From the NCBI GenBank assembly GCA_965207975.1, contig OZ242315.1, positions 4,106,449 through 4,170,448 on the forward strand: 64,000 nucleotides of DNA. The letters are read 5' to 3'. Under the pieces are notes generated by a model that was not told where the DNA came from, did no database searches, and saw nothing but the letters and a program-made list of their open reading frames with translations. This document shows, piece by piece, positions 1 to 9,377 of this stretch (the first letter of the stretch is position 1; the number at the start of each line of letters is the position of its first letter). Source of the DNA: Candidatus Poribacteria bacterium. Lineage in GTDB: Bacteria; Poribacteria; WGA-4E; PCPOR2b. Both the position numbers and the translations under genes were made by a program.

Positions 1-422
1 GCCAAGGGTGCCGTTAATTTATACCATCTGTCAAATCCGCGGTTGGATTTCCTCGTTTACTTTAGGAAATATATGACAGCCATTTTACCCCTTTTTTACA
101 CGTGGGTCAACGGCAAAAATTATCAGGATTTACCAGATTAAAGGATTTGCAGGATAAAAGAATAGAGCTTATGCAGTTGAACAGTCAAAGCCAACCCCCT
201 TGTTCCCTTATCGGGGGGATAGTTCGGGAATTCATCACAACAGGACAAGGCGGGGCAGGATGCCCCGCCTACAGGACATCTTGCCCAACACCCGTTAAGA
301 AACGGGCGGCTACAATCTGAAGCGTGTAATTCCTTGAATGGTGATAGTCATTCTGCTTTTCGATTTCTTTTTCGGTGCATTCCTGTTACAATATCCAAAA
401 TCAACAAGGAGGGTATTTGCCA

Positions 423-1892
423 ATGATATCTGTCGCTTCCGCAATGCTTACACTATTAAGAGATACAATGACACAAGCGGTTTCACCCATTGACATCAGC
501 AATCGGTTGGAACTGTTCGTTGACGATTATCTGATCGATGAAATATCCGGCGCAACCCAACGATTACACCAGCCGCAACCGCAGGACGTTGCCTGTGTTC
601 ATGATAATCCGTGGGAAGGTAGCACCTGCGGCTATAAAACTGTGTTTCAGGATGGTGATCTCTACCGGATGTATTACCGGGGGAGTCACGTTATTTATAC
701 AACTGAGGGCTTTGACAATGACCACCACCCGCAGGTGGTCTGCTACGCTGAAAGCCGCGATGGGATACACTGGACCAAACCGGAACTTGGCTTGATTGCG
801 TTTGATGGCGGGAAACAGAACAATATCATCTGGGAGGGGATGGGATCGCACAACTTCGCACCTTTTAAGGACGAGAATCCCGATTGCAAGCCGGACGAGA
901 AGTACAAGGCACTCGGTTCAGCTGAACGCGCCTTGTATGCGTTCAAGTCCGCCGACGGCATTCGCTGGTCGCTCATGAGCGATGAGCCTGTAATCACCAA
1001 AGGTGCGTTTGACTCACAGAACCTCGCCTTTTGGGATACGGTGCGCGGCGAATACCGTGAATACCATCGCGATTTCCGTGAAGGACGCGACATCCGCACA
1101 GGGACATCAAAAGATTTCCTCAATTGGACTGATCCTGAATGGCTCGACTATTCACCCAGCCGGGTCAGCGAACTATACACGAATCAGATTATCCCATACT
1201 ACCGCGCCCCGCATATCTTCCTCGGCTTTCCAACCCGATATACCGATCGCGGGTGGACGGAATCGACGAAAGCCCTGCCGGAGCTGGAGTATCGCCGTCT
1301 CCGAGGTTACGTGTCTGAGCGCGAGGGGACAGCCGTGACGGATGGAATGTTCATGAGCAGCCGTGATGGACACCATTTCAACGTTTGGCCCGAATCGTTT
1401 ATCCGTCCGGGTTTACGATTAAGAGGTAACTGGTTCTACGGCGACAACTATCAAAATTGGGGGTTGGTCGAGACAAAATCGCACATTGATGGTGCGCCCG
1501 ATGAGATTTCCATCTATGCGAGTGAAGATTCGCATCAAGGAGACGATTCTCGCTACCGCCGTTATACAATCCGAATTGATGGATTTGTCTCAATGCAGGG
1601 GCCGTTGGGTGGCGGGGAATTTGTAACAAAGCCGCTGACCTTCAAAGGAGATCAGCTTGCCATTAACTTCTCAACCTCTGGGGCGGGCAGCATTCAGGTC
1701 GAACTTCAGGATGCATCTGGCGATGCCATCCCCGGCTTCGGATTAGCCGATTGTCCGGAGGTCTTCGGTGATGATCTTGAACGGGTAGTAACATGGAAGG
1801 ACGGTACAGATGTGAGTCGGCTTTCAGGACAGCCTATCCGTCTGCGATTCCTGTTAAAGGACGCAGATCTCTACTCAATTCGATTCAGTTGA
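423..1892 (+). CDS. BNR/Asp-box-like beta-propeller glycoside-hydrolase-like protein; no signal peptide seen
   Basis: Long ORF 375-1892. A perfect SD (aaggagg, 407-413) sits 9 nt before the ATG at 423, so the start was moved there. The DGIHWT and DGIRWS motifs resemble sialidase/BNR-like propeller blades, and the C-terminal region looks beta-rich and jelly-roll-like. The product name is inferred from motifs only. Confidence 0.5.
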   Translation: MISVASAMLTLLRDTMTQAVSPIDISNRLELFVDDYLIDEISGATQRLHQPQPQDVACVHDNPWEGSTCGYKTVFQDGDLYRMYYRGSHVIYTTEGFDNDHHPQVVCYAESRDGIHWTKPELGLIAFDGGKQNNIIWEGMGSHNFAPFKDENPDCKPDEKYKALGSAERALYAFKSADGIRWSLMSDEPVITKGAFDSQNLAFWDTVRGEYREYHRDFREGRDIRTGTSKDFLNWTDPEWLDYSPSRVSELYTNQIIPYYRAPHIFLGFPTRYTDRGWTESTKALPELEYRRLRGYVSEREGTAVTDGMFMSSRDGHHFNVWPESFIRPGLRLRGNWFYGDNYQNWGLVETKSHIDGAPDEISIYASEDSHQGDDSRYRRYTIRIDGFVSMQGPLGGGEFVTKPLTFKGDQLAINFSTSGAGSIQVELQDASGDAIPGFGLADCPEVFGDDLERVVTWKDGTDVSRLSGQPIRLRFLLKDADLYSIRFS

Positions 1893-2003
1893 TAGCCCAA
1901 ATTTCACGGAAAGCGAACGGGAGAAGAATTGGCGTATCGCCACAGAGATTTCTCCTGTAACGCTCAGACCGCATATACAAATTCTGCACATGAGCAGGGC
2001 AAG

Positions 2004-2026
2004 TAATTGACGTATATTGTCAATTA
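2004..2026. promoter_or_regulatory. Perfect 8-bp inverted repeat TAATTGAC-N7-GTCAATTA, an operator-like palindrome about 165 bp upstream of the ariA-like gene
   Basis: Read directly: taattgac gtatatt gtcaatta. It lies in an AT-rich non-coding stretch (1893-2189) at the left edge of the low-GC cassette. Confidence 0.4.
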
Positions 2027-2189
2027 ACACCATTATCCTTAGGTTGAAATTCGGGTAAAATAAGTGTATCATTATAAGCATATTGTATGTTCGCAGATTA
2101 AGCAAAGCCTATGCTTAGCAGTGTCCTTTGTCGACACATAGCGCGAACCTGCTCTAAATTGCTTTATCATTAGTGGTGCATTTCTTGAG

Positions 2190-3578
2190 GTGATAACAAT
2201 GCGGATTACAGAAGTAGTCGCTGAAGGTCTGTTTGGAATATTTGACCATACGATATCGTTGAATGCTGAAGAGCGTATAACAATTATTCACGGTCCAAAT
2301 GGTTTTGGAAAAACAATTTTACTACAGATGCTTAACGGCTTATTTAACAGTAGATTTACACAATTTCGTAGCATCCCTTTTCGTAAATTTGAGATTCGAT
2401 TTGAGGAAGGAAGTGCAATATGGATTGATGAAATATCTGAGTCCAGCACTCAACAAATGATTTTATGGGATAATCTGGATCCCGATGATAGTGCGACTGA
2501 AAAACGTGCACATCTGCCAAAGGCACCTATCGTCATCAACTTTTTGGAGAACAGTGGACAAACAGATTCCTTCATCTTAGGACAGATCAATGAAGATGTG
2601 ACTCCTTTGTCAATAATAGAGGAGGTAACAGGCTTAGAACGGATAGAAGCTAGGCAATGGATAACCGACGATGGTGAGATTCTATATCTTGATGAAGTTA
2701 TAGATCGTTTTGGATCTCGTTTGCCATTCAGGCTTAAAGAACCAGGTTGGTGGATTCAAATTAAAGAATCAACCAAAATTCATCTCATTGAAACGCAACG
2801 ACTATTGAATGTTTCTAGTCGAAGAGTGACCAGAAATAGGTTTGTTCACAGCAGACCGCCGATGATAACATGGGTGCCAACTGTCAAAGAATATTCAAAG
2901 GAGTTAGCCGAAAAAATTCAAGAAAAACTGGCAGAATCGGCGGCTTTATCTCAATCGTTGGACAGAACATTTCCAGCTCGGTTAGTACAACAGATGGGAC
3001 ATTCTGAACTTACCGAAGATCAAATTAAAAACAAACTAGACGAACTGGAAGAGAAACGTTCTAGACTCGAGGAGGTCGGGCTTTTAGATAAAGAACAAGA
3101 TATGGATCTGCCAATCCAACAAATCAGTAAAAACACAGAGGAAGTTTTATCTGTTTACGTTCAAGATGTAGAGGAAAAACTAAGTGTGCTTGATGAAATT
3201 ACGAATAAAATTGATCTTTTCAAGCAAATCATAAATGAACGCTTCCGATACAATAGAATGACGATTTCGAGACAAGAAGGATTTTCTTTTTTGACTAGAG
3301 GCGATAAGCCTCTTCCTGTAACCTCGTTATCTTCTGGCGAACAACATGAATTAGTTCTGTTGTACCAATTGCTATTCAAAGTACGCCCTAATTCTCTCAT
3401 CCTTATCGACGAACCTGAACTCTCATTACATGTCGCATGGCAGCAACAATTTCTACAAGATCTACAAGAAATAACTCAACTTGCTTCCTTTGATGTGCTC
3501 ATCGCTACCCATTCACCTCAAATTATTCATGATCGCTGGGATTTGACAGTTGAATTGAAAGGACCAGAGATCGCATGA
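2190..3578 (+). CDS. ariA: PARIS-like AriA: ABC-type (AAA_15/AAA_21, OLD/SMC-like) ATPase with a coiled-coil insert
   Basis: Walker A GPNGFGKT near the N-terminus, ABC signature LSSGEQ, Walker B LILIDEPE, H-loop ATHSPQ. A coiled-coil-like middle region lies between them (KLDELEEKRSRLEE...). RBS gaggtg upstream. GC is clearly lower than flanking genes. It overlaps the next gene by 4 bp (ATGA). Confidence 0.65.
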   Translation: MITMRITEVVAEGLFGIFDHTISLNAEERITIIHGPNGFGKTILLQMLNGLFNSRFTQFRSIPFRKFEIRFEEGSAIWIDEISESSTQQMILWDNLDPDDSATEKRAHLPKAPIVINFLENSGQTDSFILGQINEDVTPLSIIEEVTGLERIEARQWITDDGEILYLDEVIDRFGSRLPFRLKEPGWWIQIKESTKIHLIETQRLLNVSSRRVTRNRFVHSRPPMITWVPTVKEYSKELAEKIQEKLAESAALSQSLDRTFPARLVQQMGHSELTEDQIKNKLDELEEKRSRLEEVGLLDKEQDMDLPIQQISKNTEEVLSVYVQDVEEKLSVLDEITNKIDLFKQIINERFRYNRMTISRQEGFSFLTRGDKPLPVTSLSSGEQHELVLLYQLLFKVRPNSLILIDEPELSLHVAWQQQFLQDLQEITQLASFDVLIATHSPQIIHDRWDLTVELKGPEIA

Positions 3579-4450
3579 AGGAGGAAATCAAAGCGAATCA
3601 CCTCGCCAACGAAATCCGGATGACTCGCACTCAATTCCGAGGAAGTTTCTTGATTGTTGAAGGTCAAACTGCTGATTTCCGAGTTTACAAGCGTCTTGTT
3701 GACCCTAAGCAGACTAAAATTATACCAGCACATAACAAGGATAGAGCACTAGCAGCACTCCAAATTCTCGAAAACGCTGACTTTGATGGAGTTGTGGCCA
3801 TCGTTGACGCTGATTTCTGGCGACTTGAGGGAGTAGAGCCGGCGAGTCCAAATCTGTTTATAACTGATACACATGACTTAGAAACGATGCTTCTTGAGTC
3901 TCCTTCATTAGATAAATTACTTGACGAATTTGGTTCTGAACAAAAAATGACCAACTTCACCGCAAACAGTAAAATGGAGGTCCGCCAAGCCTTACTGGCT
4001 GCTGCTCGTCCAATCGGGTACTTAAGATGGGCTTCTCAACGAGACAATCTTTCTCTGACGTTTGAAGGGATTATTTTCAGTCGATTTATTGATCATAATA
4101 CACTGCATATTGATAGCAGTGAACTGATTCGAGAAGTTAAGAACAAGTCGCGCAGGCACGATCTCAGCGAAAGCGGTTTGCAGGATAAAATTGATGAACT
4201 CACAGATTCAAAACACAATTCTTGGGACATCTGCTGTGGGCATGATTTAGTCAGTATTCTGTCGTTTGGTTTGTACAGGGTTTTAGGTTCAAACCAGCGT
4301 AGAGAAGTCGAACCGGAGGTACTTGAGAAATTTCTGCGAGCCGGGTATGAATCCACCTATTTCTTATCAACTCAACTCTACCAGTTGCTACGAGGATGGG
4401 AAGCTTCCAACCTACCGTTTCGGATCTTCTCAACGGAACAGCGAGTATAG
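3575..4450 (+). CDS. ariB: PARIS-like AriB: DUF4435/Toprim (OLD-family nuclease-like) effector
   Basis: Toprim-like conserved acidic motifs: LIVEGQTADF (EG glutamate) and VVAIVDADF (DxD). The ~290 aa size and the position immediately after an ABC ATPase with a start/stop overlap match the split-OLD architecture of PARIS. No homology search was run. Confidence 0.6.
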   Translation: MKEEIKANHLANEIRMTRTQFRGSFLIVEGQTADFRVYKRLVDPKQTKIIPAHNKDRALAALQILENADFDGVVAIVDADFWRLEGVEPASPNLFITDTHDLETMLLESPSLDKLLDEFGSEQKMTNFTANSKMEVRQALLAAARPIGYLRWASQRDNLSLTFEGIIFSRFIDHNTLHIDSSELIREVKNKSRRHDLSESGLQDKIDELTDSKHNSWDICCGHDLVSILSFGLYRVLGSNQRREVEPEVLEKFLRAGYESTYFLSTQLYQLLRGWEASNLPFRIFSTEQRV

Positions 4451-4505
4451 AACTTACGCAGCAACAGCACTGCCTACTCGATCTAACTTTTGTGCCAGAG
4501 GGAAG

Positions 4506-4565
4506 AGTGAGTGACTGACCAGTTGCAATTGATTGACAATTAACCGCTCTACCACTCACTTTTTT
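4506..4565 (+). terminator. Hairpin (stem agtgagtg/cactcact with a long structured loop) followed by a T6 tract; putative terminator after the ariB-like gene
   Basis: Stem 4506-4513 pairs with 4553-4560, followed by T-run 4560-4565. The loop contains the right-hand copy of the cassette-flanking repeat GATTGACAATTAACC (4531-4545). Confidence 0.35.
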
Positions 4566-4593
4566 GGAAAGCGAAGATATAATTGAGGGGCGT

Positions 4594-5616
4594 TTAAGGG
4601 GTAGGTGCGTCTTCGCGCAGCAGCCCCTCTGCCTTTAGCTCACTCCACAGATCCGCCGGGATGGGGTGCTCAAATATTTCGACATTCGATTGAACGTGCT
4701 CCGGCATGAGTCCTCCCGGAATCGCTGCGGCAACGATTGGATGTGCTAACGGGAATTGTAACGCAGCTGCCCGTAGTGGCACATTATGTCGATCACAAAC
4801 GGCTTGAATACGCCGCGTTTTTTTCAATACTTCAGGGGGTGCCGGGGCATAGGCGTAATACGCATTCTCTGTCGCACCTGTCGCTAGAATACCAGAGGCG
4901 AACACCGCGCCAATCACCACACCGACACCGCGTTCCTCGCACTGTGGAAATTCAGCGTCTAAGACATCCTGATCTAACAACGTATACGGCATTGCAACGA
5001 TAAAGAAATCGAGGTCTACCATTTCTAAAAAGCGCGGGATCGTGCCCATCTGATTCACGCCAGCCCCTATCCCTTTTATCTGTCCACTGGAACGAAGTTC
5101 CTCAAGTGCCCGCCAACCGCTGGTGCCGAGCTGCACCATGTGAGCATTGATCCGCGTGTCGTTCACATGAAACATGTGGTCGAGATCGTGGATGAGCAGC
5201 AAATCGATGGAGTTCAAACTGAGCCGCTGGAGGCTGTCTTCAAAAGAGCGCATAACCCCATCGTAGCTATAGTCAAAATAAAGATCGAAAGGCAGTCCTC
5301 CCGCCCACATCCCTTTGTCGAAATTATCGGGGTCACGCGTCGCCCGCAGCACACGCCCGATCTTCGTAGAAAGCACAAAGTCCTTACGCGGCTGTTGGCG
5401 GAGAAAATGTCCGAAACGATGCTCGCTTTTCCCATAACCGTAGAACGGTGCTGTGTCAAAGTAGCGTAAGCCGGCATCCCATGCCGCTTGCAGTGTCCCC
5501 TGCGCTTGCGTTTCGCTGAGAATTTCAAAGAGATCTCCGAGTGGTGCCCCGCCGAAACCCAAGTTGGTTAAGGCAACCCCTGTATTTCCCAAGTTGCTTG
5601 TTGCTATATTACCCAT
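4594..5616 (-). CDS. Aldo/keto reductase family oxidoreductase
   Basis: 340 aa. The N-terminal LGFGGAPLG and an IHDLDH motif are typical of AKRs, and the fold looks like an (alpha/beta)8 barrel. Confidence 0.75.
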   Translation of the reverse strand: MGNIATSNLGNTGVALTNLGFGGAPLGDLFEILSETQAQGTLQAAWDAGLRYFDTAPFYGYGKSEHRFGHFLRQQPRKDFVLSTKIGRVLRATRDPDNFDKGMWAGGLPFDLYFDYSYDGVMRSFEDSLQRLSLNSIDLLLIHDLDHMFHVNDTRINAHMVQLGTSGWRALEELRSSGQIKGIGAGVNQMGTIPRFLEMVDLDFFIVAMPYTLLDQDVLDAEFPQCEERGVGVVIGAVFASGILATGATENAYYAYAPAPPEVLKKTRRIQAVCDRHNVPLRAAALQFPLAHPIVAAAIPGGLMPEHVQSNVEIFEHPIPADLWSELKAEGLLREDAPTP

Positions 5617-5747
5617 TAATGTTCCTCCAAACTAACTGTTATTTATTGCTAGTGAAATGATGCCAATCGGTAATCTGTGCAGGCGTATTGCTCAAAGTAC
5701 AAAATAGCAGCGTACTCACAAATATAAATGGGTGTGTCCTAATCTTC

Positions 5748-5957
5748 TCATTCTTCCTCGTGTGCCTGCTGAATCTGATTTGCGAGCGTTTCGACATCTG
5801 GTGCGGTAAGCCATTGATGTCGATCCACGGAGTAATTACCTTTTCCTGTCTCGTACTGATGGAGAAAACGGATCATGCCAGCAGGCCCAAGTTTACTCAA
5901 GAGTGCTTCAATACCGAGTTCATGAATCTGATTCGCTGTCAGGTCTCGTATGTTCAT
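5748..5957 (-). CDS. Small hypothetical protein (69 aa, or 42 aa from Met28), putative partner/antitoxin of the upstream PIN protein
   Basis: This ORF overlaps the 3' end of the PIN gene by 38 nt in a different frame. No recognisable family. The start codon is uncertain. Confidence 0.3.
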   Translation of the reverse strand: MNIRDLTANQIHELGIEALLSKLGPAGMIRFLHQYETGKGNYSVDRHQWLTAPDVETLANQIQQAHEEE

Positions 5958-6507
5958 TCTCAGTTACCTCCTGTAACCAGGTGAGTGGGTTTTCGACACG
6001 GCTGTGAAGTTGCGAGCTGATCCTTTTTGCTTTTCTTAGCATTTGATCATCCGTTGTTAAAAGCAAATCCACATTACCGCTTTCGGCGCAGGCGAGATGC
6101 AAAGCATCAAACGGCTTGAACCCCAACGATTCAAGGTGTTTGCCTCTTAATGTCTCCGTTGTGCCAACAGAAATCACTCGATGAACGTAATTTAATAGAA
6201 ATTTGACTTGAAGACGTTGTCTCAAATCAAGGTTTTGGTTGGCTTCAAACGTAGAAACTTCACTAGAAATCCATTCCCATTGCCCTGCGTAAAAATGCTC
6301 GATAATCAGCACGATAGCTTCAGTTTCAAGACGAATTCGAGGCTGTGTCTGATCATCAAAAGGACGACTCAAACAACAATTGTCTAGATAGATTTTCCAA
6401 CGTTTCAATATCGCTTGCATTCGTTGAACTTCTACACTGCTTTCTTCAAAATCGTTAAGGGATTCTTGAATGCCGATGATTTTCTCACAATCGCTACCGA
6501 ATTTCAA
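5920..6507 (-). CDS. PIN-domain protein (putative VapC-like RNase/toxin) with a ~35 aa N-terminal extension
   Basis: IYLDNCCL resembles the PIN N-terminal motif with a conserved Asp. It is followed by a Glu-containing helix (ETEAIVLIIE) and the C-terminal FDALHLACAE...DLLLTTDD acidic motifs typical of PIN. Confidence 0.55.
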   Translation of the reverse strand: MKFGSDCEKIIGIQESLNDFEESSVEVQRMQAILKRWKIYLDNCCLSRPFDDQTQPRIRLETEAIVLIIEHFYAGQWEWISSEVSTFEANQNLDLRQRLQVKFLLNYVHRVISVGTTETLRGKHLESLGFKPFDALHLACAESGNVDLLLTTDDQMLRKAKRISSQLHSRVENPLTWLQEVTENEHTRPDSESDS

Positions 6508-6545
6508 GCATTTTTTAATTCAAGCGACTCCTTGCAGGGTTGAGA

Positions 6546-6728
6546 TTAAAGATCCGCATCAAATCGATAAACCGGTTCCCAACCTAGCAGCTTTTCTGTC
6601 CGTGCCACGTCCCCTTTTTTATAACCGCCCGATGTGGCAAATATATAAAAGCAATCGTAGCTAATATCCGGTGACTCTAGGGCGCATTTCAGGGCAGATG
6701 CAACATCCCGTCTATCAATCGAGCCATA
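6546..6728 (-). pseudogene. C-terminal fragment (60 aa) of an NAD-dependent epimerase/dehydratase gene split by IS insertion
   Basis: Manual translation of the minus strand gives YGSIDRRDVASALKCALESPDISYDCFYIFATSGGYKKGDVARTEKLLGWEPVYRFDADL*. It ends in the classic epimerase C-terminal LGWEP motif. It continues the reading sense of the 180-aa N-terminal fragment at 7648-8190 (..PVNGFY | GSIDRRDVA..). Confidence 0.6.
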
Positions 6729-7652
6729 ATAACCTTTGGTGCTATTTTAGAGAGTGAATTGAGCGATAGATAAAGGTACAAATCCATCGTTATTAGTTGG
6801 CAATCCGTCCCATTGGACCAAAAGATTAAACAGAGCCATAGTGAAAGCAAGGCGAGTTTTGAAATAAGCCCAACATCGATGTGTCACTTTCTTCAAATGA
6901 CACACCCCCGTCAACATAGATAAGATGGTCTCTATCAGCATCCTATCGTTCCATTGTCCACGGGGACATATACGCAAGTTTGAAGGGTGCCAATCGCCTT
7001 TGGCAAACCCTTCATCAGCAAAGACCACCATCTGGTCACTCACATTATCAACGATATGTTGAAAATGGCTTCCATCGTAAACATTGGCAGTGGCACAATC
7101 CCAGTCCACAATCAGTCCCAAGTGGTTGACCAACACACACAGTTTGCCCCCGACAATCCATCGTTGGTTGGATATGCCTTTTTTGCCGACTTGTTGTTCA
7201 GAACGACCTTCTCGACGGGGATGAATCAGTTCAATACCATAAGTATCAATCACTCCTATCAATGAGGGATTTGCCATGAACATATCCGTCAGATGGTGAT
7301 GCCTGTTGAACAATCGGAACAGGCGGGTTCTTTCGGGTAAATTGGGAAACAGCGACTTATAGTTGTTTTCTATCCAACGATAGAATGCACGGTTGCCAAC
7401 ACCTTTGAGGGCAAATAGCAAGGCGATGGTAACCACTTCAGACGGATAGAGATTGGCTTTGGTATGCTTCTGGTTCTTATTTGCTTGTGTGAGTTTATCA
7501 TCTACTCGACAGAACAATTGTGTGATAAAATCTATAGTGGTCATGAGCTTTGGTTCCTCCCGTTAATCGAGTTTGGTTGATTACCCCGATTAACGATAGA
7601 AGTGAGGATACCGGCTCATGACCTACAAATTATACTAGCACCATTGGTTAAT
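6729..7652 (-). mobile_element. IS element (about 924 bp) of the IS982/IS5-like DDE family inserted into the epimerase gene
   Basis: Imperfect terminal inverted repeats: aataacctttggtgcta (6729-6745) versus the reverse complement of 7636-7652 (attaaccaatggtgcta), 14/17 matched. The stop codon of the truncated epimerase lies inside the right IR. The transposase ORF lies inside. Confidence 0.55.
6747..7544 (-). CDS. DDE transposase (IS982/IS5-like family), 265 aa
   Basis: The N-terminal FCRVDDKL motif and the VIDTYGIEL...DWD...DEGF pattern are typical of IS982/IS4-IS5 superfamily DDE transposases. The architecture is similar to the second transposase at 8537-9358. Confidence 0.6.
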   Translation of the reverse strand: MTTIDFITQLFCRVDDKLTQANKNQKHTKANLYPSEVVTIALLFALKGVGNRAFYRWIENNYKSLFPNLPERTRLFRLFNRHHHLTDMFMANPSLIGVIDTYGIELIHPRREGRSEQQVGKKGISNQRWIVGGKLCVLVNHLGLIVDWDCATANVYDGSHFQHIVDNVSDQMVVFADEGFAKGDWHPSNLRICPRGQWNDRMLIETILSMLTGVCHLKKVTHRCWAYFKTRLAFTMALFNLLVQWDGLPTNNDGFVPLSIAQFTL

Positions 7653-8190
7653 AGAAACCGTTGACAGGATGACCATCAGTCGTAACCATTTGATCTGAAT
7701 CGATGATGCCCCACGGTCGGATACACGCGATAGAAAGACCGTATTGTTCATGATAATTTCGGGCGAGTTCTTCTTGCACTAGCTTAGAAAGATCATAGGA
7801 GCTAGCGGCTTTGAGTGGGTATAGATCGTACGTGAGAAAAGTGTCTTCCGGATAGCCACCATGGACCGCCCCACTGGAGGTATGGACGAATCGCTGGATT
7901 TCGCATACACGGGCAGCTTCAAGGAGATTAAACATACCCCGCACGTTAATATCAAAACCCGGGCCCTCCATGCCGTAACTGCCATTAGGTGCCATAATCG
8001 TATTCACAACCGCATCATGACCAGCCATTACGGCTTCAAGCGTTGTATAGTCAAGCACATCCCCTTGAACGGTGTTATCGTAACCCTCCACCGGGCGAAT
8101 GTCGAAGGCAGTCACGTCATGGTCTTGGCTCAAGATATTGACCGCTGCGCGTCCCACAAAGCCGGCTGCGCCTGTCAACAGTATTTTCAT
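7648..8190 (-). pseudogene. N-terminal fragment (180 aa) of an NAD-dependent epimerase/dehydratase, truncated by IS insertion
   Basis: Rossmann motif MKILLTGAAGFVGRA, catalytic YDLSK (YxxxK). The protein stops at a TAA contributed by the IS right inverted repeat. The C-terminal remainder is found at 6546-6728. Confidence 0.65.
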
Positions 8191-8452
8191 AATTGTAGCC
8201 CCTTCAGTTTATGTGATGAGTTATCAATGAAAAGATACAATATCTATTTACACCCTACATATTTCAATTTTGTCTGACACATTATTGTTTAGAACCCCTC
8301 GACTTGTCAAGAGGTTCACCGATGAGGTCATTGAGAAGCATAATTTTTCCATTGACGCTACATTGAATCATCCGTATTATAGACACCTTGAGGTGGAAGC
8401 CTTATGGTGCATGGGATGTTTCCCTATATGTGTTGAACGAAATTCAATAGAT

Positions 8453-9377
8453 TAACGCAAGTTGCTAGTTGAATATCCATGGAATTTCCGTTAGAGTATT
8501 TGTGTTCTAAACAAAACTCATCAACAGGAGAATTCCATGGACTTAGTAATCGTAGCATTTTATACACTTTGTGACGATCTGTTAATTCAACACCACTACC
8601 AAGATGACCCCCGAACCCAAATGTCCGCCGCTGAAGTCATGACGACGGCACTCGTGGCTGCCCAACTGTTCGGTGGCAATCAACAGATGGCACGGTGTCT
8701 ACTCAAGGAGCAGGGATATATTCCCCATATGCTCAGTAAGGCACGATTCAATCGAAGACTCCATCAAATTGCACCGATGTTTCAGACACTTTTTGAATCA
8801 CTTGCCACAGACTGTAAAGCACAAAACTCAGACCAACTCTATATCATCGACTCGTATCCCGTGCCAGTGTGTGATGTGATTCGCATCTCTAGTGCAAAAT
8901 TTTATCAAGGGGAAGTCTGGCGCGGGATGATAGCCAGTAAACGGAGATACTTCTATGGACTCAAACTGCATCTGATGGTCACCGAGTCTGGCATACCGGT
9001 TGAGTTTTTCTTAACACCGGGCAGTTTTAGTGATGTTCAAGGGTTGCGGTGTTATCCGTTTGATTTACCTCAAGGGGCAACCATTTATGCAGATAAAGCC
9101 TACTGCAATTATGGGATTGAAGATGCCTTAGCTGAAGCCGGTATCATGCTCAAACCGTTGCGAAAAAAGAACAGCAAACGGCAATATCAAGCCCACGAAG
9201 TTTACATACACCATCACCACAGGAAGCGGATAGAGGTGACAAACAGTTTAATCACCCAACGGCTACCCCGCTCTATTCATGCCGTGACTGCCGATGGGTT
9301 TGAGATTAAGATTATTTTGTTTCTCATTGCTACTATGATTACACTTATCATTAAATAAACACTAGCAACTTGCGTTA
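8453..9377 (+). mobile_element. IS982-family-like insertion sequence (925 bp) with 17-bp perfect terminal inverted repeats
   Basis: Left IR TAACGCAAGTTGCTAGT (8453-8469). Right end 9361-9377 is its exact reverse complement (actagcaacttgcgtta). GAT is present on both flanks (8450-8452 and 9378-9380) and may be a 3-bp TSD. It contains one transposase ORF ending 3 nt before the right IR. Confidence 0.65.
8537..9358 (+). CDS. IS982-family-like DDE transposase, 273 aa
   Basis: The N-terminal FYTLCDDLL and IIDSYPVPVC motifs and the DDE-type spacing match. RBS aggaga lies before the ATG. Confidence 0.6.
   Translation: MDLVIVAFYTLCDDLLIQHHYQDDPRTQMSAAEVMTTALVAAQLFGGNQQMARCLLKEQGYIPHMLSKARFNRRLHQIAPMFQTLFESLATDCKAQNSDQLYIIDSYPVPVCDVIRISSAKFYQGEVWRGMIASKRRYFYGLKLHLMVTESGIPVEFFLTPGSFSDVQGLRCYPFDLPQGATIYADKAYCNYGIEDALAEAGIMLKPLRKKNSKRQYQAHEVYIHHHHRKRIEVTNSLITQRLPRSIHAVTADGFEIKIILFLIATMITLIIK

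Noticed and set aside
102-320. 72-aa ORF at the window start
   Set aside because: No RBS, low-complexity composition, and it sits in a probable intergenic leader of the downstream gene. Likely spurious.
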